Shown: positions 29,476 to 38,106 of the stretch, in pieces | How positions within the stretch are numbered: position 1 is the stretch's first letter | Layout: every line of letters begins with the position of its first letter | Assembly: GCA_020444475.1 (NCBI GenBank) | Contig: JAHLKV010000004.1 | Coordinates: 84,304-148,303, forward strand | Direction of reading: 5' to 3' | Length of the DNA: 64,000 bases | From: a bacterium | GTDB lineage: Bacteria; Zixibacteria; MSB-5A5; GN15; FEB-12 | Notes under the pieces: model-generated | What the model was told of the DNA's origin: nothing | The model's database searches: none | What the model saw: only the letters and a program-made list of their open reading frames with translations | Made by a program: the position numbers and the translations under genes

Positions 29476-30243
29476 CTACTTCTCCACCCGCTTGTCCAAC
29501 ACCATCGAATGGGCCTGCGCGGTGGGCATGATAACCACTTCCTGCACCTGCACGTGCGGCGGGCGCGAAGCGACCCAGAAGATGGCATCGGCGATATCAT
29601 CGCCCGTCAGCGGCTGGTAGCCTATGTAGGTTTGGCTGGCCCGCTCGGCCTGACCGTGGAAGCGGACCAGTGAAAACTCGGTCTCAACCAGACCGGGGTC
29701 GACAGTCGACACGCGCACCGGGGTATCGACCAGGTCGATAGACATACCCTGGGTCAGGGCATTGACGGCGAATTTGGTCGCGCAGTAGACGTTGCCGTTG
29801 GGGTAGACCCAGTGCCCGGCGATCGAGCCGATATTGATTACGTGGCCGCGTCCGCGCTTGACCATCCCCGGGATGACCGCCCGGCTGACATGGAGCAGCC
29901 CCTTGATGTTGGTGTCGATCATCTCGTTCCAGTCGGCCAGGTCGCCTTCGTGGACTTTCGACAGTCCCCGAGCCAGCCCGGCGTTGTTGACGAGCACATC
30001 AATCTCCTGCCATTCGGCGGGGAGTGAGTCGACAGCGGTCTTGACGGCGTCGAAGTCGCGGACATCGAGCTCGATAGCATGCGAGTCGGACTTGAGTTCG
30101 GTAGTTAGTTTCTTAAGTCGCTCGGCGCGTCGGGCGGCGACAATCACGCGGGCGCCTTCAGCGGCAAATCGTCGGGCGGCAGCCTCGCCGATACCGGACG
30201 AAGCGCCGGTGACGAGGACGATTTTGTTATGCAGGTGTTCCAT
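29476..30243 (-). CDS. SDR family NAD(P)-dependent oxidoreductase (YdfG-like 3-hydroxy acid dehydrogenase)
   Basis: 255 aa with the TGASSGIG Rossmann motif, an NNAG motif and the YCATKFAV catalytic Y-x-x-x-K. Overall similarity is to YdfG-type SDRs. Confidence 0.85.
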   Translation of the reverse strand: MEHLHNKIVLVTGASSGIGEAAARRFAAEGARVIVAARRAERLKKLTTELKSDSHAIELDVRDFDAVKTAVDSLPAEWQEIDVLVNNAGLARGLSKVHEGDLADWNEMIDTNIKGLLHVSRAVIPGMVKRGRGHVINIGSIAGHWVYPNGNVYCATKFAVNALTQGMSIDLVDTPVRVSTVDPGLVETEFSLVRFHGQAERASQTYIGYQPLTGDDIADAIFWVASRPPHVQVQEVVIMPTAQAHSMVLDKRVEK

Positions 30244-30250
30244 GTTGGTC

Positions 30251-30565
30251 CTTCTATTGGCGGTTTCGAAGACGGAACCGCCCTACAGGTCTTGTTCGTA
30301 TAGTCTTGCAACCGTGACTGAAGTCACGGCCACATCGATTGAAGTCACGGCCACATCGTCCGTGTCGTCTCGTGCACGGCTCAAATTCGCGCGATGGCGG
30401 TTTCGAAGACGGAACCGCCCTACAGGTCTTGTTCGTATAGTCTTGCAACCGTGACTGAAGTCACGGCCACATCGATTGAAGTCACGGCCACATCGTCAGT
30501 GTCGTCTCGTGCACGGCTCAAACTCGCGCGATGGCGATTTCGAAGACGGAACCGCCCTACGAGTG
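30251..30565 (+). repeat. Tandem repeat array, 142-bp unit x ~2.2 copies, with an internal 18-bp direct subrepeat (gaagtcacggccacatcg x2)
   Basis: Unit starts are at 30251, 30393 and 30535 (partial). The first two copies are ~98% identical. Each unit contains the hairpin ggcggtt-tcgaagacgg-aaccgcc and the palindrome gtgactgaagtcac. The array lies in the 5' region of the minus-strand SDR gene. Confidence 0.85.
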
Positions 30566-30623
30566 CCGTTCAAAGTACGCCAACGGGTGCGATCTGTCAA
30601 ACGGTCGCACCGTCCTGTGAGCA

Positions 30624-30655
30624 AACAAAAAAATCCCGGCCGGAGGGCCGGGATT
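30624..30655 (-). terminator. Rho-independent terminator for the NfeD-flotillin-ORF operon
   Basis: On the minus strand the hairpin atcccggccctccggccgggat is followed by TTTTTTTGTTT. It lies 30 nt downstream of the stop of the 30686..31255 gene. Confidence 0.75.
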
Positions 30656-30685
30656 CCAATATCAACAGCGATTCATTGGCACGAC

Positions 30686-31255
30686 TTACGTTGTCTCTTC
30701 GAACCGCACTTTGGCGCCGTCAAGCTCGGCCCAGAAGGTTCGCACGCGGATGCCGGCGAAATCTGAGAGGAGCAGGCGAGCGGCGTGGCCGAGATCTTCG
30801 CGACCTTTGGTGACGGCGTCGATGCGAGTGTGGTAGCCCTGCAGTTTCTGGTACCACTGGCAATCTTCGTGGTTGATGATGATCACTTCGGAGAGCTGTT
30901 GTTCCTTGACGGCAAACTTCACCTGCTGCCAGAGCACTTTGAAGTTTTTCGGCAGCAGAGTCTGGGCGCCGAAGGCGTGGATACCGCCACCGAGGACTAT
31001 GGGCATGTAGGGACGGATACCGAGCTCTTCGGTGACGAACCGTCGAAAGGCGGTCTGGAAGCGCGGGTCACCGCAATGGATGACCAGCGCCTGTGGTCGC
31101 TGCGTATCGAGCTGATAGACGGGGCGACCGTCGATCGCTCGCACGTCGGCGGGAACCTGACGGCTGCGGTCCGGGGCGTTGTCGCCCCGGACTGCCTGCC
31201 TGCTATCGGTTTTTGGTGCGCGTGCCATCGGAGGTTTCTCCCGCGTCGGGTTCAC
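30686..31255 (-). CDS. Hypothetical protein co-transcribed with flotillin
   Basis: 189 aa with no recognised motif beyond the HCGDPRF and GGGIH segments. It overlaps the flotillin 3' end by 53 nt (25 nt if the internal Met at 31228 is used). A terminator follows it. Confidence 0.45.
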   Translation of the reverse strand: MNPTREKPPMARAPKTDSRQAVRGDNAPDRSRQVPADVRAIDGRPVYQLDTQRPQALVIHCGDPRFQTAFRRFVTEELGIRPYMPIVLGGGIHAFGAQTLLPKNFKVLWQQVKFAVKEQQLSEVIIINHEDCQWYQKLQGYHTRIDAVTKGREDLGHAARLLLSDFAGIRVRTFWAELDGAKVRFEETT

Positions 31256-32813
31256 CGGTAGACTCCGCCTTGATGCCCAGCTTGTTGATCAGTTCGGAGA
31301 CGTCGATACCGACTGCTTTGGCCTGCTCGACCATCTGGAGGAGCATCAGCGGGCCGGTTTTGGCGAAGCGGTTCAGCGCTCCCTGATTGTCACCGGAGCC
31401 GCCCGAATCGACCACCACCAGCTTGTCGATATTACCCATCGGGGCCGCGATCGCACCAAAGACTGCGCCGAGTGACTCAACCGTCTGCGGCAGTACTTTG
31501 AGCACTTCGAGGGTGATAGCGGCCTGGTTGAACTGCTGGTAGGCTTTGGCGAGCTCGGAGACGGAGACGGCTTTGGCGAGACCCTGGCGCTCGATGACGT
31601 CGGCTTCGGCGAGACCGGTGGCGCGGAGCGCCTCGGCCTGACCGGAGCCTTCGGCTGAGCGCTTATGCTGTTCGGCGTCGGCGCGAGCGATCGTGGCGTA
31701 CTTGTCACCGTCGGCGCGCGAAGTCTGTGACACCTTGTAGCCTTCGGCCTCTCTCACCTGAGCATCGGCCTTGGCTTTGGCCGGTACGACGATCATGGCT
31801 TCCTGCGACTTCTGTTCGCGCAGGATGTTCTGCTGTTCGACGTTGATCTGGGCGCGCGAGCGTTCTTCCTCGATTTTGACCTCGGCAACCACGACCTTCT
31901 GCATCTCGGTGGCGGTGGTCAGGGGTCCGACCTGGGCGGTCACCGCGCTTTCTTTGGCGATTTCCGCCTGGTAGATCTGTTTGGCGACCTCGGTGTTTTT
32001 CTGCGCTTCGGCTTTCAGCCGCTCGTTTTCCATAGCGACCACTTCGGCGGCGCGGTCGGCATCGGTGGAGCGCTTCTTAGCCTCGGCCAGCGCTTCGGCT
32101 TCGCCGATCGTAGCATCGCGTTTCACCTCGGCGGTGCGCTTCTTGCCGAGGGCTTCGATATAGCCCTGTTTGTCGGTGATCGACTGGGGGTTGAAGACGT
32201 CAATCTGCATGCCGAGTCGGGCGAGGTCTTCGCCGGCTTCGCGGAGGACCTGCTGGCGGAAGGCTTCGCGGTCGCGGATGAGCTGGTCGACCGAGAGGGT
32301 ACCAACCACGCCTCGGAGGTTAGCCTCGAGTGTTTCGCGCGCGACTCCCTGGACGTGTTCGTTGGCCATGCCGAGGAAGCGCGAGCCGGCCGCAAGCAGT
32401 GACTGGGCGTCGTCTTTGAAGCGGATATTGGCGACGGCTTCGACAGTGACGAGGACACCGTCGGTGTTGGGCATGTTCTCGACCCGGATTTGCGGCAGCG
32501 AGATTTCAGTCAGGTCAAGAAACTGAACGTCTTCGATGATCGGTTTGCGGATCCGCCCGCCGCCGGTGACGACAACGGTACCGGGCGGGAGGACCGTGAC
32601 CGAGGCCACCCCGGGCTGTATCTCGGTCTGAACCCGTTGGGCCTGTCGGCGGCCGCTGCGGGCGCCGTAGAAGAAGGCTGCTTTGTTGGGGGGGACGCGG
32701 ACATAAAACACGGACAGCGCTCGTATCAATACGAACAGCGCAATGACCGCTGCCAGCCCGATCACCGGCCAGGTCAGGTACTCGACGAAGTTCTCCATTA
32801 CTACTCCCTCCAC
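31203..32813 (-). CDS. Flotillin / SPFH (band 7) domain protein (YqiK-like)
   Basis: 536 aa with an N-terminal transmembrane helix and an SPFH domain. A long E/A/K-rich coiled-coil 'flotillin' region follows (AEAKKRSTDADRAAEVVAMENERLKAEAQK...). Confidence 0.85.
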   Translation of the reverse strand: MEGVVMENFVEYLTWPVIGLAAVIALFVLIRALSVFYVRVPPNKAAFFYGARSGRRQAQRVQTEIQPGVASVTVLPPGTVVVTGGGRIRKPIIEDVQFLDLTEISLPQIRVENMPNTDGVLVTVEAVANIRFKDDAQSLLAAGSRFLGMANEHVQGVARETLEANLRGVVGTLSVDQLIRDREAFRQQVLREAGEDLARLGMQIDVFNPQSITDKQGYIEALGKKRTAEVKRDATIGEAEALAEAKKRSTDADRAAEVVAMENERLKAEAQKNTEVAKQIYQAEIAKESAVTAQVGPLTTATEMQKVVVAEVKIEEERSRAQINVEQQNILREQKSQEAMIVVPAKAKADAQVREAEGYKVSQTSRADGDKYATIARADAEQHKRSAEGSGQAEALRATGLAEADVIERQGLAKAVSVSELAKAYQQFNQAAITLEVLKVLPQTVESLGAVFGAIAAPMGNIDKLVVVDSGGSGDNQGALNRFAKTGPLMLLQMVEQAKAVGIDVSELINKLGIKAESTGEPDAGETSDGTRTKNR

Positions 32814-32837
32814 GATACGGAGCTGTTTATAAGCGTG

Positions 32838-33352
32838 TTAGTCTATTGGCGTCACAGTCACGACAGAGCCCGACTTGGCCGTAATTCTGACCGGCGCGTT
32901 GCGTGGAATCGGCTGACCGTCGGCGGACCGGGCGAGGAAGGTGAACTCGCGGCCGCCGATAATGCAGGCGATCTGGCCGTAGTCGGTGGCGGAGACGGCG
33001 TCGATAACGTTGGCCTGCTGGCCGACTATATCCTCGTCGTCGACGGTGGAGCTGGCCTGACTGGCGTAGAAGGCGCGCAGGATGAAGTAACCGATGGCGC
33101 CCATGACAAAGGCGCCGCCGATGCCGGCCATTGAGCACTCGAACATCGACCATTCCGTTGTGGCCCGGCAGCCGAATCCGACGGCGCCAAATCCGATCGC
33201 CAGCAGCGCGAGGATGCGGAAACTGAAGATCGAAGGGCCGTGGCCAACTTCGCCGTGGTCGAAATCGACCTGAGCGTCGGCATCATGACCGAAAATCAGG
33301 CTTATGAGCAGGACGGCGAAGCCTGCTCCGAAGATGGTCGCGAATATTACCA
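32838..33352 (-). CDS. NfeD-like membrane protein (short form; OB-fold C-terminus)
   Basis: A GTG start at 33352 has an AAGGGAAGGAG ribosome-binding site 7 nt upstream. Two transmembrane helices are followed by a C-terminal beta-rich NfeD OB domain (GREFTFLARSADGQPIPRNAPVRITAKSGSVVTVTPID). It lies directly upstream of the flotillin gene. The tracked ORF start at 33542 is probably too long. Confidence 0.7.
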
Positions 33353-33782
33353 CGACTTTTGGCTCCTTCCCTTTTTCGATATCAGAGGTGTTACTGTCGA
33401 AACGTACGGAAATTCGCGATTTGGTGTCGAATAGTTTTATTGCTGATTTCACGGCAGGGCATGTTCGTGGTTGCTGTTCCTTTCCTGAACAGGACCCCGC
33501 ATCGCTGCACAGTGCGGCGCCGACAGTTATGGGGAATAGCACATAACCTGCGCAGTTGGGTGTTCAGGGGGCCTCTCGGCACTCTTTCCGACCCTCTTGT
33601 AACCTGTTGTCAAGCAATATAGTACAGTCAGTCCCGGAGCTGACGTCGGGTGCCAAATGGTGGCATGTTTTTCGCAGGGAGTGATTTGGGTCAGTAAACA
33701 ATTCCACTGTTTCACCCGATAAGAAAAAGAGTGGCCCGTCCGCTCCTTCGGGTGGCAGCAGAAAGCCCTGGAGGAACAGGAC

Positions 33783-33926
33783 ATGGCGAAGAAGAAAGAA
33801 AAGAAGACCGTCACGATGCCAAAAAAGACGTACTGGCATCTGTACAGTCTCCAGAATTTGCAGTCCGAGAAGCTGGTAGTCATTATTAACAAGATTCTGA
33901 GCAGCGAGTACCAGGTGATCAAGTAG
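33783..33926 (+). CDS. Small Lys-rich hypothetical protein (47 aa): MAKKKEKKTVTMPKKTYWHLYSLQNLQSEKLVVIINKILSSEYQVIK
   Basis: An ATG with a GGAGGA ribosome-binding site 7 nt upstream. It is not in the supplied ORF track because it falls below the 60-aa cutoff. It lies in the intergenic region between the divergent NfeD gene and the M23 gene. Confidence 0.3.
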   Translation: MAKKKEKKTVTMPKKTYWHLYSLQNLQSEKLVVIINKILSSEYQVIK

Positions 33927-34035
33927 GCACTTTATCCTTGACTCGCGCGCCAGAGGGACATAGCTTCGTTGAAATTCATCGGGAGGGGCGGTCTGGACGG
34001 AACCGGTACCGCGTGATAGCGTTCACTACGGAATT

Positions 34036-34938
34036 ATGTTAAAGAATCGACTTACATTTCTGGTTATCCCTGACACGCACGGCGAGTCGAAACAGGTTTC
34101 GATCCGCTGGTGGGTTGTCTATGCGGCTGCGGCGACGCTGGCGCTGGTCGTTGTGGCTAGCTTTTTCTTTGCCGGCCAGTATGTTACCGGGCAGGTGGAC
34201 CAATCAGAACTGGACCGTCTTCGCGCCGAAAACCAGCAGCTAGCCCAGAAATACGAGAAAATTCGCTGGGATCTGGCCGAAACGAATTCCCGATATCACG
34301 ACCTCGTCCAAAAAGAAATAGCTATCCGAACGATGTTTGATCTGCCGGAGATCAACACCGAAGAGCGTCAGCTCGGTATCGGTGGACCCGGATCGCCAGG
34401 TCTTAATAGAATGTCGGAAAGTGAGAAACTGGCGTACCGGACCGAGGTTGAAGTGGATAGGCTGCTTCGACTTTCCGAGTTCGAGATCGAAAAATACAAC
34501 GAAGTCGAAGATGAGTTGACGTCGTTGCAGGACCGCCTGGCACATACCCCATCGATCTGGCCGACCAAGGGCTGGCTCTCCCGCGGGTATGGTATGAAGT
34601 TTGATCCGTTTACCGGTTATAAGCAGATGCACCGGGGTATAGATGTTGCCAACCGCACGGGCACGGTGATTATCGCGCCGGCCAACGGAGTGGTGAAGTC
34701 GGTCGGGAAGGCGGGCGGTCTCGGCAAGATGATCGTCATCGATCACGGCTATGGTTTTGTTACCCGCTATGGGCATCTTTCGCAGATCATGGTGCAGCGG
34801 GGGGATCGGGTGAAGCGGGGTGATGAGATAGCCCTGATGGGGAACTCCGGCTATTCGACCGGTCCGCACCTCCACTACGAGGTCTGGCGCAACGGCAAAA
34901 CGCTTGACCCGCGCGAATATATTCTGAACGACATGTAG
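34036..34938 (+). CDS. M23 family metallopeptidase (peptidoglycan DD-endopeptidase) with N-terminal TM and coiled-coil
   Basis: The C-terminal LytM domain carries the motifs HRGIDVA...GNSGYSTGPHLHYEV. Confidence 0.85.
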   Translation: MLKNRLTFLVIPDTHGESKQVSIRWWVVYAAAATLALVVVASFFFAGQYVTGQVDQSELDRLRAENQQLAQKYEKIRWDLAETNSRYHDLVQKEIAIRTMFDLPEINTEERQLGIGGPGSPGLNRMSESEKLAYRTEVEVDRLLRLSEFEIEKYNEVEDELTSLQDRLAHTPSIWPTKGWLSRGYGMKFDPFTGYKQMHRGIDVANRTGTVIIAPANGVVKSVGKAGGLGKMIVIDHGYGFVTRYGHLSQIMVQRGDRVKRGDEIALMGNSGYSTGPHLHYEVWRNGKTLDPREYILNDM

Positions 34939-35119
34939 TCCTGCCTCCACTTTAGGTTGTACCAGCCTCCTTCGGAGGCTTTTTTTGTGTCAACTTCGAC
35001 CGCCGACCGGCTTGCGCCCGATGGGCGAATCTTACCCTCATTTGCCTCCCTCCATGTGCCGACAGGAACTAATACTGATTTGGTATTGTTTGCGACGTAC
35101 AGGGAAGGGGGTAAAGACT

Positions 35120-35755
35120 ATGCAGGTATTGAATGACGACAGGCTGAACATCAGGTCCGAGCGTGAGGAGGCCGACGAGGAGCGGGTCCGGGAGCTGGTG
35201 GACCGGTTTTGCGATGGGGACCAGGAGGCGTTTTCGGAACTGGTCGGGCGGTATCGCAATCAGGTGGCGGCGCTGGCGTATCGGATGGTAAACGACTACG
35301 ACGAGGCTGCTGATATCGCGCAGATCGTTTTCGTCAAGATGTCCCGGAATATGTGGCGGTATGACAGGCGCAAGAGGTTCTATACCTGGCTTTACCGCAT
35401 CACGGTAAACGCGTCGATCGATTATATGCGCAAGCACAGCCGGCATCGGCATGAGCCGCTGGAGAACTTCCATGAGACGCTGGAGAGTCTTCACTCGACC
35501 AACCCGGACCAGACCTATCGACGTCGGCAAGTCACTCGATTCATCAACGAAATTGCATATACCCTGAATGACAAGCAACGTTCGGCGTTTATGCTCCGCG
35601 ATGTGCAGGGTTGTCGGGTGGATGATGTCGCGACGATCATGAACATGCCGGAGGCGACGGTCCGCTGGTACCTGCATCGGGCGCGGTCCCGAATCCGCAA
35701 GGAGCTTCGTCGCCGATGCCCGCACCTTCTGACGTCAATGGGGATAGCCGGGTGA
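35120..35755 (+). CDS. ECF (sigma-70 family, group IV) RNA polymerase sigma factor
   Basis: The sigma-2 region (YRMVNDYDEAADIAQIVFVKM...YTWLYRITVNASIDYMRK) and sigma-4 region (LNDKQRSAFMLRDVQGCRVDDVATIMNMPEATVRWYLHRARSRIR) are both present. The ATG at 35120 has a GGGAAGGGGG ribosome-binding site. Confidence 0.85.
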   Translation: MQVLNDDRLNIRSEREEADEERVRELVDRFCDGDQEAFSELVGRYRNQVAALAYRMVNDYDEAADIAQIVFVKMSRNMWRYDRRKRFYTWLYRITVNASIDYMRKHSRHRHEPLENFHETLESLHSTNPDQTYRRRQVTRFINEIAYTLNDKQRSAFMLRDVQGCRVDDVATIMNMPEATVRWYLHRARSRIRKELRRRCPHLLTSMGIAG

Positions 35756-35808
35756 GCGAACCGAAATCTGTTTTTGACACGCCATCGCGGCGCCATATAT
35801 TGCCCCGT

Positions 35809-38013
35809 ATGTCAAAGGCTGTTGATGTGAATCTGAAGATAGAGGGTATGCACTGCGCGAGCTGTGTTGCCTCGATCGAAAAGGGCTTGAAGGGGCTCGA
35901 TGGGGTGAAGGCTTGCCGCGTGAATCTGGCGACCAACTCGGCGGTGGTGCAGCTCGATGAGGAGAAGCTCAAGCAGGAGCAGATTTTCAGCAAGATCGAA
36001 GAGCTTGGATTCAAGGCCAGCGAAGGCCGTCCCGACATTCTCACTGCCAACCTGGAAGAGACCCGCCATGCCGGGCAGCGTTTCTGGATTTCGCTGTTGG
36101 CGACGATTCCACTGATGCTGGTCGCCATGCTGCCGATGGCTTTGGGCTCAGCGATAACCACCAAGTTCGGCGATGGGTTGATCGAGGCGGTGATGGCCGC
36201 GTTTGTCGTGTTCTATTGCGGACGTTCGATTTTGCAGGACGCTTTGGTGCAGACCAGGCATTTCCGCGCCAACATGAATTCGCTCATTGCGCTGGGTACG
36301 TTGACGGCGTTCGGGTGGAGTGTCTATGCCCTGGTAAAGATCGCCGAGGGTGTGCCCGAGGCGTTGTATTTCGAGTCGGCCGGGATGATCATCACGCTGA
36401 TTTTGCTGGGGCGTTTTCTGGAGGCTCGTGCCCGGGGGAAAGCCGGGGAGGCGATTCGCGCCCTCTGGGAGCTTCGCCCCGCCAGGACAACGGCGGTTAT
36501 CAACGGTGTTGAGGTCGAGATCGCAGTCGATTCGGTCCAGCCGGGGATGATCGTGCTGATTCGCCCCGGAGAGCGGCTGCCCGCCGACGGTACTGTTCTG
36601 GAGGGTCGGCCGGTGCTGGATGAGTCGATGGTTACCGGAGAATCGACGCCGGTCGAACGGCTGCCGGGTGATGCCGTGATCGGTGGCTCCTTGAATGGCA
36701 ACCATCCCTTTCGCATGACGGTCACGGCCGCCGGTGAAAAGAGCTATCTGGCGACGATTGTTCGGCTGGTGGCCGAGGCTCAGTCGGCGAAAGCACCGGT
36801 GCAGCGGCTGGCGGATACGGTTGCCGGTATTTTCGTGCCGGTAGTGCTGGGGCTGGCGGCGCTCACCCTGCTGGGCTGGTGGATATTCGCCCCTGACAGT
36901 CCGCTGTTGATCCGTTCGACTATTGCCGTTCTCATCATAGCTTGTCCCTGCGCGCTCGGATTGGCCACGCCAACAGCGGTTCTGGCCGGGACGGGTCGCG
37001 CCGCGCGCGCCGGTGTGGTGGTTCGTGGTGGTGACGTTCTCGAGAAGGTCGGCAAGGTCGACACGGTGGTTTTCGACAAGACGGGTACGCTGACCCAGGG
37101 TGAACTGGAGGTGGTCTCGGTCAAGTCGTTTGGACAGATCGCCGAGCAGAGCCTGACGCGAATTGTCGGTGCGCTGGAGGGACAGTCTGAGCATCCGGTG
37201 GCGCGGGCCATCGCGCGTTATCTCAAACTGCAGCAGATAGACCCGGCGGTGGTGAAAAATGTCGAAGCGAAACCGGGGTTTGGATTGACCGGTGAATGTG
37301 ACGGCCGTCGACTGCTGGTCGGCAGTCGGTTTCTCATGGAGTCGGAAGACGTCAGTTTCGGCCAGTCTCTGATGCAGGGGGAGCGGGAAATGGATCAGGG
37401 GCGGACGGTGGTCTATGCCGCCATGGACGGGCAGGTGGTGGGTTTCTTTGCCCTGACCGATCGCGTTCGTCCCGATGCCCGTGATATCGTAGCCTACCTG
37501 AAAAAGCACGGCAAGCGGGTGACCATGCTGTCCGGTGACAACCGTCGCACGGCCGAAGGGATCGCCAAGTCGCTTGGCCTCGACCACTATGAGGCTGAGA
37601 TTCGTCCGGAACAGAAGAAGATGATGGTAGAGTCGTATCGCAAGGTCGGCTTCACGGTGGCGATGGTTGGTGACGGTATTAACGATGCCCCGGCGCTGGC
37701 GGCGGCCGATGTCGGTATTGCGCTGGGAGCGGGAACGGATATCGCAGCGGAAGCATCGGATGTTGTCCTGGTGCGTACCCGCCTGATGGACATCAAGAAG
37801 CTCTTCGATGTGTCCTCGGCCAGCATGCGGGTCATTCGGCAGAATCTCTTCTGGGCCTTTTTTTACAACGTTATCGCTATCCCGCTGGCGGCCGGCGCCC
37901 TTTATCCGTTGACCGGTCTGACGCTTTCGCCGATGATTGCGGCGGCGGCGATGAGTCTCTCGTCGGTCTTTGTAGTCACCAATTCTCTTCGTCTGGCGCG
38001 CCTCGAGCTCTAA
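35809..38013 (+). CDS. copA: Copper-translocating P1B-type ATPase
   Basis: The N-terminal heavy-metal-associated domain carries GMHCASC. The CPC motif (ACPCALGLATP) is present. The phosphorylation site is DKTGTLT and the hinge is GDGINDAP. The tracked ORF begins at 35716 and overlaps the sigma factor gene; the Met at 35809 (MSKAVDVNLKIEGMHCASC) is the more likely start. Confidence 0.85.
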   Translation: MSKAVDVNLKIEGMHCASCVASIEKGLKGLDGVKACRVNLATNSAVVQLDEEKLKQEQIFSKIEELGFKASEGRPDILTANLEETRHAGQRFWISLLATIPLMLVAMLPMALGSAITTKFGDGLIEAVMAAFVVFYCGRSILQDALVQTRHFRANMNSLIALGTLTAFGWSVYALVKIAEGVPEALYFESAGMIITLILLGRFLEARARGKAGEAIRALWELRPARTTAVINGVEVEIAVDSVQPGMIVLIRPGERLPADGTVLEGRPVLDESMVTGESTPVERLPGDAVIGGSLNGNHPFRMTVTAAGEKSYLATIVRLVAEAQSAKAPVQRLADTVAGIFVPVVLGLAALTLLGWWIFAPDSPLLIRSTIAVLIIACPCALGLATPTAVLAGTGRAARAGVVVRGGDVLEKVGKVDTVVFDKTGTLTQGELEVVSVKSFGQIAEQSLTRIVGALEGQSEHPVARAIARYLKLQQIDPAVVKNVEAKPGFGLTGECDGRRLLVGSRFLMESEDVSFGQSLMQGEREMDQGRTVVYAAMDGQVVGFFALTDRVRPDARDIVAYLKKHGKRVTMLSGDNRRTAEGIAKSLGLDHYEAEIRPEQKKMMVESYRKVGFTVAMVGDGINDAPALAAADVGIALGAGTDIAAEASDVVLVRTRLMDIKKLFDVSSASMRVIRQNLFWAFFYNVIAIPLAAGALYPLTGLTLSPMIAAAAMSLSSVFVVTNSLRLARLEL

Positions 38014-38106
38014 CCCCTCTTTCCTTATTTCGTTTTCCCTTAATCGGTTGAGGAATCCACGATGCCCGCCGATACACTTCTATAACCAGAAGAGGGAGCT
38101 ATACGC

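Noticed and set aside
28976-30565. Possible CRISPR arrays, flagged because of regularly spaced direct repeats
   Set aside because: The repeat units are 186 bp and 142 bp with no unique spacers between them. The copies are contiguous tandem duplications with no cas genes nearby. This is not CRISPR architecture.
35716-35808. 31-aa N-terminal extension of CopA overlapping the ECF sigma gene
   Set aside because: The HMA domain begins right after the Met at 35809. The extension is kept only as an alternative in the findings, not as the primary call.
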